From Oceanispirochaeta sp. (GTDB taxonomy: Bacteria; Spirochaetota; Spirochaetia; DSM-2461): a DNA stretch of 64,000 nt. Each line of letters begins with the position of its first letter. Positions within the stretch are counted from its first letter, which is position 1. The notes under the pieces were generated by a model that was given only the letters and a program-made list of their open reading frames with translations, had not been told where the DNA came from and ran no database searches. The stretch lies in contig CAXXXD010000003.1 of NCBI GenBank assembly GCA_963663385.2, forward strand, positions 832,001-896,000, written 5' to 3'. Below are positions 58,651 to 64,000 of this stretch, in pieces. The position numbers were made by a program, and so were the translations under genes.

Positions 58651-59829
58651 ATGAAAGACAACAGACGCATAGATCCATCTCTGGTCATACTCAGTCTCAT
58701 TTTTCTGATTCTTGTAGGCCTGGGAACGTATATCCTTTTTTCAATGAAAATTGATGACTACAGGGAGATGGTAAACGATAATAAACTGATCTCCATTGCC
58801 CTTATAATTGAAGACGAGGGAATGCCGGTGGTAACAGAGTTGTTCTATTACCATCCTGAAACCAGAAAGGGGGCTCTTCTGAATCTGCCGGAGGATACGG
58901 GAGCCATTATCAAGTCGCTGAACAGGGTTGACCGGGTAGATGTGGTCTATCAGGCTCAGGAGCCGTCAGATTATCTGGAACAGGTTGCAGCATTAACCGG
59001 TATCGATTCGGATTTTTATGTGATCATTTCTGCGGGGACACTGGTCCATTTGGTAGACTTTCTGGAAGGGGTTGAAATTTTCCTTTCCAATCCTGTTGAT
59101 ATACAGGAAGAGGGCAAACTGATTCTGCTCCCCTCTGGCAGTGTTACTCTGGACGGAGATAAAGCCCTTGATTATCTGAAGTATGAGCAGGAAGGGGAAT
59201 CCGTAGGAGACCGGATCAGGAGGGAGCATGAGCTTGTGATGGGGATCCTCAGGAAGACCAATCAGCTCTATAGTCCTGTTATGGCGGAAAATCTGATGAT
59301 GTATCTTCTGCCCGGGATCAGAACTGATATGGATCAGAAGTCCTTCGGGTCTTTTCTATCGGAGCTTTCTTCCCTTGAGGTGGATCGTATGGTTTTTCAG
59401 GAAGTCCTTGGAACAAGGCGGAAGGTTGATAATCAGATTCTTCTTTTTCCCCATTATGACGGGAAGCTTCTGAAGGAAACTGTTAAGCAGATGGAAGATT
59501 CTCTTTCGGATTTTGATATACTGAAGGATGAGAAACTGATTGTTTCACTGGAGATTCAGAACGGAACAACAAGGAATGGCCTGGCCGGCAGAACGGCAGA
59601 GATCTTCAAAAGTTACGGCTATCAGATTTCCTCTATAAAAAATGCGGATTCCACCAAATATGAAAACACGGTTATCCTGGATAAAAAGGGTGATCCCTCT
59701 TCTGTTCAGCGGGTGGCGAATCTGATCAAGTGTACGAAAATCCATACGGAAGTAGACCGGAATCGGGACGAAACCGTTGATATCATAGTAATTTTAGGAA
59801 AGGATTTTGATGGAAGGTATGTCAAATAA
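58651..59829 (+). CDS. LCP (LytR-CpsA-Psr) family protein with LytR C-terminal domain
   Basis: N-terminal TM, LVDFLEGV, LDGDKA..Y..R..R, C-terminal QNGT..NGLA..IILGKDF. Confidence 0.85.
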   Translation: MKDNRRIDPSLVILSLIFLILVGLGTYILFSMKIDDYREMVNDNKLISIALIIEDEGMPVVTELFYYHPETRKGALLNLPEDTGAIIKSLNRVDRVDVVYQAQEPSDYLEQVAALTGIDSDFYVIISAGTLVHLVDFLEGVEIFLSNPVDIQEEGKLILLPSGSVTLDGDKALDYLKYEQEGESVGDRIRREHELVMGILRKTNQLYSPVMAENLMMYLLPGIRTDMDQKSFGSFLSELSSLEVDRMVFQEVLGTRRKVDNQILLFPHYDGKLLKETVKQMEDSLSDFDILKDEKLIVSLEIQNGTTRNGLAGRTAEIFKSYGYQISSIKNADSTKYENTVILDKKGDPSSVQRVANLIKCTKIHTEVDRNRDETVDIIVILGKDFDGRYVK

Positions 59830-60202
59830 ATCAGTTGAATGGAAAAAGCTGCTGGAAGTGGCTCTTGATGCTAAAGGGAATAATCCCATTGTTATGGATA
59901 TGGCGGCCCAGTGCTCGTGGGGCGATTATATGATACTGGTCAGTGCGAGCAGTCAGATGCATATGAAAGGTATATATAATCGTCTGGCTGACTATATGAA
60001 AGATCATGATGAGTTCAGTATGAATAACCATCCCGGGACGAAAGACGAAAACCGCTGGATTCTTATGGATCTCGGCTCTGTCATAATACATATAATGACA
60101 GAGGAAGCAAGAGAGTATTACAGTCTGGAAGATATCTGGTTCGAATCTCCCGTGTTATATAAAGAAGAGAATCAGTCGTCCAGTTCGTCCAGTTCGTCGT
60201 AA
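59819..60202 (+). CDS. rsfS: Ribosome silencing factor
   Basis: D.KG....MD..DY.ILVSASS..H, WILMDLG.VIIHIM..EAREYY.LE.IW. Confidence 0.92.
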   Translation: MSNKSVEWKKLLEVALDAKGNNPIVMDMAAQCSWGDYMILVSASSQMHMKGIYNRLADYMKDHDEFSMNNHPGTKDENRWILMDLGSVIIHIMTEEAREYYSLEDIWFESPVLYKEENQSSSSSSSS

Positions 60203-60456
60203 TCATCAAGCTCATCCTGGGCATCCTCCCGGATGAGCTTATCCTCATCATCGTTGTCCGATGGTTCTAGCTGGTCATCCAGGTCTTCATCGTAACTGTC
60301 TTCCAGTTCCGAATCGGCAATCCCGTCATCGTAATTCCTGTCCATTGCCTCATCGAAATCGTCAATATTCTGTTCAAAAATTTCATCTTCTTCGAAATCA
60401 AAAAAGCAGGACCCATCTTCTGATATTTCATCAATACCTGATTCTGACTGGAGCAT
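60172..60456 (-). CDS. Small extremely acidic hypothetical protein
   Basis: 94 aa with 45 Asp/Glu; AGAGGG RBS-like element upstream. Confidence 0.65.
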   Translation of the reverse strand: MLQSESGIDEISEDGSCFFDFEEDEIFEQNIDDFDEAMDRNYDDGIADSELEDSYDEDLDDQLEPSDNDDEDKLIREDAQDELDDYDELDELDD

Positions 60457-60563
60457 GAGTGTGGTTACCCTCTGTTCATATAGCGTTGGATTAGACTACT
60501 TTTTCATATCATTTTTTGAGTATATTGCCAACCATCGTCTAATAATTTAAAATAATTTTTATT

Positions 60564-61403
60564 ATGAATGATGCAAATTTCGACAAATTATTAAAGTTGG
60601 CTCTTAACGAAGATCTTGGTGATGTAGGAGATGTTACATCCAGAGCCATTTTTGACGACTCTCAAACAGTTACAGCTCTTTTGAAGAGTAAAGATACAGG
60701 GGTGCTGGCAGGGCTTCCTTTTTTTATTCAGGTATTCCATAAAGTGAATAAAGATATAGTCGTTGAAAAACTGAAGAACGACGGGGATGCTCTGAAACCC
60801 GGAGATCTGGTAGCCAGAGTGAGCGGGCCCGTCGCATCTGTGCTTGAGGCGGAAAGAACTGCGATTAATTTTCTGTCCTTTATGTCCGGCATTGCCTCTG
60901 TTACGGCAGAACATATAAAGGCGGCAAATGATAACGGCCATGTGGTCATACTTGATACAAGAAAAACCCTTCCCGGATACAGAACCCTTTCAAAGTATGC
61001 TGTTACCAAAGGAGGAGGGCAGAACCACCGTATGGGCCTTTATGATATGGTTATGATTAAGGATAACCATGCCGATGCGGCGGGAGGAATCACTCCTGCA
61101 GTTAACAGGGTCCGTGAGAAATGGGGTGAACTGTATCGTATCGAAGTTGAATGCCGGAATCTGGAAGAGGTAAAAGAAGCTCTGGACTGTGAAGTGGACG
61201 TTATTATGCTGGATAATATGTCTCCTGCCGAAACCTCTGAGGCTGTAGCTCTCAGGCGGGGCGATGTGGAGTTTGAAGCTTCCGGTAATATGGATCTGGA
61301 AAAAATCCGCCGCTACAACAACACGGGAGTTGATTATATCTCTATCGGAAAACTGACCCACTCCGTAACAGCCTTCGATTTTTCCCTTGTGATGGAAGCA
61401 TGA
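60564..61403 (+). CDS. nadC: Nicotinate-nucleotide pyrophosphorylase (carboxylating)
   Basis: ALNED..GDVT, ERTAINF, DTRKTLPG, HRMGL.D..MIKDNH, IMLDN, EASGN. Confidence 0.97.
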   Translation: MNDANFDKLLKLALNEDLGDVGDVTSRAIFDDSQTVTALLKSKDTGVLAGLPFFIQVFHKVNKDIVVEKLKNDGDALKPGDLVARVSGPVASVLEAERTAINFLSFMSGIASVTAEHIKAANDNGHVVILDTRKTLPGYRTLSKYAVTKGGGQNHRMGLYDMVMIKDNHADAAGGITPAVNRVREKWGELYRIEVECRNLEEVKEALDCEVDVIMLDNMSPAETSEAVALRRGDVEFEASGNMDLEKIRRYNNTGVDYISIGKLTHSVTAFDFSLVMEA

Positions 61404-61580
61404 TAAAAAGGGGAATACGGAGTATTCGGGTCCCTTTTTTAGTCATTTGCGGCAGAGACTTTTCGAAGAAAAGTGCTCGATAGCAAACCGGAGAAACATG
61501 ATAAATAGGGGAATCCGAGAGTATTCGGGTCCCTTTTATCATCTGTAGTAGAGATTTTTCGAAGAAAAGTGCTCGAAAGC
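61399..61580. repeat. Two diverged tandem copies of an ~85-bp hairpin-forming unit (period 98 bp)
   Basis: CATGATAAA.AGGGGAAT..GAGTATTCGGGTCCCTTTT...TTTTCGAAGAAAAGTGCTCGA.AGC at 61399 and 61497. Confidence 0.9.
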
Positions 61581-61642
61581 GGGCAGGGCCGTATGGTAGA
61601 AAGGAAAAATGCGATAGCCTCAGAAGCAATCAAGGAGTAAGG

Positions 61643-63235
61643 ATGCCTGATTTCAGGAACTTTGATGTAATTATTTTAGGTACCGGGATTTCCGGTCTTG
61701 CTGCTGCTGTCACAGCTTCCGAAAGAGGACTGCAGGTCGGGATCTTCAGCAAAGCAGGATCACTTGAAGAGACAAATACCTTCTATGCCCAGGGCGGGAT
61801 TGTCGGAAAAAGCCCGGAAGACAGTTCCAGTCTGTTTTCAGAAGATATCCTGAAAGCAGGGGACTATCTTAATAATATGGAAGCCGTCAAAATGGTAAGT
61901 GAAACAGGACCTGATCTGGTTGATCAGTACCTTGTGGATAAGATCGGCATTGATTTTTCCCGTAAATCCGACGGATCAATTGATTTGACACGGGAAGCGG
62001 TTCATTCCATCAGACGGATCTATCATGAAAAGGATCGGACCGGTAAAGCTATCGAACAGGGAATGCTCGAGTATGTAAAAAAAACATCTGGTATTCAGAT
62101 CTTTCCGTTTCATATGGCTATTGACCTTATTTCCATCTGTCATCACTCTCAGGATCCACAGGCCCGGTATAAATCTAACCGTATAATCGGAGCCTATGTA
62201 CTGAACTGTGAAACAAAAGAGGTGAGTGCTGTTTTCGGCGGGGCCGTCATTCTGGCAACCGGCGGTGTGGGTAATCTGTATCAGCATACATCGAATCCGT
62301 CTATTGCGACGGGTGACGGGATTGCCATGGCCTATCAGGCAGGCGCTTCCATAATTAATGCGGAATTCGTACAGTTCCATCCTACAACCCTCTATCACAG
62401 GGACGCCGAAAATTTTCTGATTTCCGAAGCTGTCAGGGGGGAGGGGGCTATTCTCCTGAACAGCAGGCATGAGCCCTTTATGCAGCGGTATAACCCGAGT
62501 CTGAAGGATCTGGCTCCCCGGGATGAGGTCGCCCGCTCCATCTATATGGAAATGGAACGCTGCGGGAAGTCCTATGTCTATCTTGATACATCCAGAATGA
62601 AAGTGGATATACCCTCCCGTTTCCCCAGCATATATGAAAAGTGTCTTGAAGTCGGTCTGGATATAACAAAAGACCCAATCCCTGTGGTTCCGGCGGCTCA
62701 CTATTTCTGCGGCGGAATTAAAGTGGATATGAATGGCAGTTCAACTGTTCCGGGACTTTTTGCTGTTGGTGAAGTTGCCTGTACGGGTGTCCATGGTGCA
62801 AACCGTCTGGCTTCGGTTTCTCTTCTGGAAGGCTTGGTCTGCGGATTGAACACAGGTAATTATGCGGCAGATAACAGGGTGTCTACTTCTCTGGAGCTCA
62901 GACGAACTATTCCGGAATGGATCTATCCCGAGAATGAAGACAAAGTGGATCCTATTTTAATCAAGAGTGATATTCAGACTATTCAAAGTCTAATGTGGAA
63001 TTATGTAGGCATTATCCGCACAAAAAAAAGGTTGGCCAGGGCTCTGTCTGATCTGAATTATCACTCCCACAGGATCGACCGGTTCTACAGGCAGGCGGGG
63101 ATTACACGGGAGCTGGTGGAGCTGCGAAACTCTGTACTGGCTGCTACTGTCATTACCAGGGCGGCTTTTAATAACCGGAGATCCCAGGGGTGTCATCACA
63201 TTGTATCCAGAGAGGGAATCCGTGAAAAAGATTGA
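61643..63235 (+). CDS. nadB: L-aspartate oxidase
   Basis: G.GISGL, AQGGI, VQFHPT, LISEAVRGEG, LAPRDEV.R, PAAHY.CGG, HGANRLAS.SLLE. Confidence 0.96.
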   Translation: MPDFRNFDVIILGTGISGLAAAVTASERGLQVGIFSKAGSLEETNTFYAQGGIVGKSPEDSSSLFSEDILKAGDYLNNMEAVKMVSETGPDLVDQYLVDKIGIDFSRKSDGSIDLTREAVHSIRRIYHEKDRTGKAIEQGMLEYVKKTSGIQIFPFHMAIDLISICHHSQDPQARYKSNRIIGAYVLNCETKEVSAVFGGAVILATGGVGNLYQHTSNPSIATGDGIAMAYQAGASIINAEFVQFHPTTLYHRDAENFLISEAVRGEGAILLNSRHEPFMQRYNPSLKDLAPRDEVARSIYMEMERCGKSYVYLDTSRMKVDIPSRFPSIYEKCLEVGLDITKDPIPVVPAAHYFCGGIKVDMNGSSTVPGLFAVGEVACTGVHGANRLASVSLLEGLVCGLNTGNYAADNRVSTSLELRRTIPEWIYPENEDKVDPILIKSDIQTIQSLMWNYVGIIRTKKRLARALSDLNYHSHRIDRFYRQAGITRELVELRNSVLAATVITRAAFNNRRSQGCHHIVSREGIREKD

Positions 63236-64000
63236 GATCCTCTCACCGGCTAAGATCAACCTTCATCTGGAAGTAGGGGATGCAAGAACTGATGGATTCC
63301 ACAGGATTATTTCCCTTTTTCAGGCGGTTTCGCTTTTTGACAGAATGGTGTGGGAAAATACATCAAATCCCGGAGAGTGTCGGATAGCGGGGGATTTTCC
63401 CTGCTCTTCTGAGGATAATCTGATTTTCAAGGCGGTTGAAAAATTCCGGAGTCTTAGCGGTTACAAAACCGGTGTCTCGGTTTCTGTTGAAAAAAAAATC
63501 CCCCATGAAGCCGGGCTGGGAGGAGGATCTTCCAATGCCGCTGCGGCACTGAAAGCCATGGAGGCTCTCTCCGGATTAACCCTGACCAGGGATGACCGGG
63601 AAACTGCTGCATCTTCGCTGGGAAGCGATGTCCCTTTTTTCCTGTATGGATCCGCTTCTGCTGTAACAGGAAGGGGAGAAGTTGTGGAACCTGTCAGACC
63701 GAGGACGGATTTTACAGTTGTGCTTGTCAAACCTGACAGTTTAGGCATTTCCACAGCAGACGCATACCGTGCAGTAGACCTCTGGAAAAGAGATAATCCT
63801 TCTAAGCAAAATATTCTATCAAAAGAAGATATGCTTGATTTCTATAAGTTCCGCCCACCTTCTGAATGGCCTTTTTACAATACCTTTTTTGAAACTTTTA
63901 AAAATCAATACAAACCTCTTGAGTTTATTTACAATCTTCTTTATGATTCAGGAGCTGTATTTGCCGGTTTGTCTGGAAGCGGCAGTGCTGTATTCGGGAT
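63222..64000 (+). CDS. ispE: 4-diphosphocytidyl-2C-methyl-D-erythritol kinase (3'-truncated by window edge)
   Basis: GTG start; SPAKINLHL..DGFH, KKIP.EAGLGGGSSNAA, LGSDVPFF, GRGE, LSGSGS; absent from the ORF track because it runs off the end. Confidence 0.93.
   Translation, partial: MKKIEILSPAKINLHLEVGDARTDGFHRIISLFQAVSLFDRMVWENTSNPGECRIAGDFPCSSEDNLIFKAVEKFRSLSGYKTGVSVSVEKKIPHEAGLGGGSSNAAAALKAMEALSGLTLTRDDRETAASSLGSDVPFFLYGSASAVTGRGEVVEPVRPRTDFTVVLVKPDSLGISTADAYRAVDLWKRDNPSKQNILSKEDMLDFYKFRPPSEWPFYNTFFETFKNQYKPLEFIYNLLYDSGAVFAGLSGSGSAVFG

Noticed and set aside
61399..61580. CRISPR array
   Set aside because: Only two long diverged units, no unique spacers and no cas genes
1525..62701. Long antisense/shadow ORFs (e.g. 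1525-2502, 27014-27796, 40870-41757, 50224-50988, 61976-62701)
   Set aside because: They lie opposite well-supported conserved genes, have no motifs or RBS, and are expected from codon bias
63461..63754. 97-aa minus-strand ORF at the window end
   Set aside because: Antisense to ispE, which starts at 63222 and runs off the window

Overview
Chromosomal segment of a spirochaete, probably a free-living anaerobic Spirochaetaceae member. This is inferred from the flhO/flgF-flgG-flgJ-rpoS-tsaD-apt and rplU-prp-rpmA-obg-nadD-yqeK-LCP-rsfS gene orders, a DUF5312-like gene and a CPA2-EIIA fusion. About 60 CDS and two intact tRNAs are present; I found no CRISPR array, rRNA, transposase or integrase. 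Most of the window is housekeeping. A more accessory block (about 10-28.5 kb) carries sigma54-type hsp20-hsp20-htrA and porCDAB loci, a zinc-uptake operon, decayed gene remnants (aldo/keto reductase, mtnA), an orphan 3' half of a tRNA-Leu (att-like scar) and a folM-folX-folE pterin operon. Best leads: (1) a ribbon-helix-helix + Cys/His zinc-finger regulator heading the znu operon, with a perfect four-heptamer operator over its promoter (possible Zur-independent zinc sensor); (2) a sigma54 promoter in front of a syntenic Borrelia-type rpoS; (3) a preQ1-I riboswitch variant with two hairpins inserted in L3; (4) a J-domain protein with four MshEN-like repeats next to a diguanylate cyclase; (5) a forced CTG start for the CBS-pyrophosphatase; (6) a structured argS leader and a 98-bp tandem hairpin repeat between nadC and nadB. 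All calls come from reading the sequence by eye; no database searches were run.
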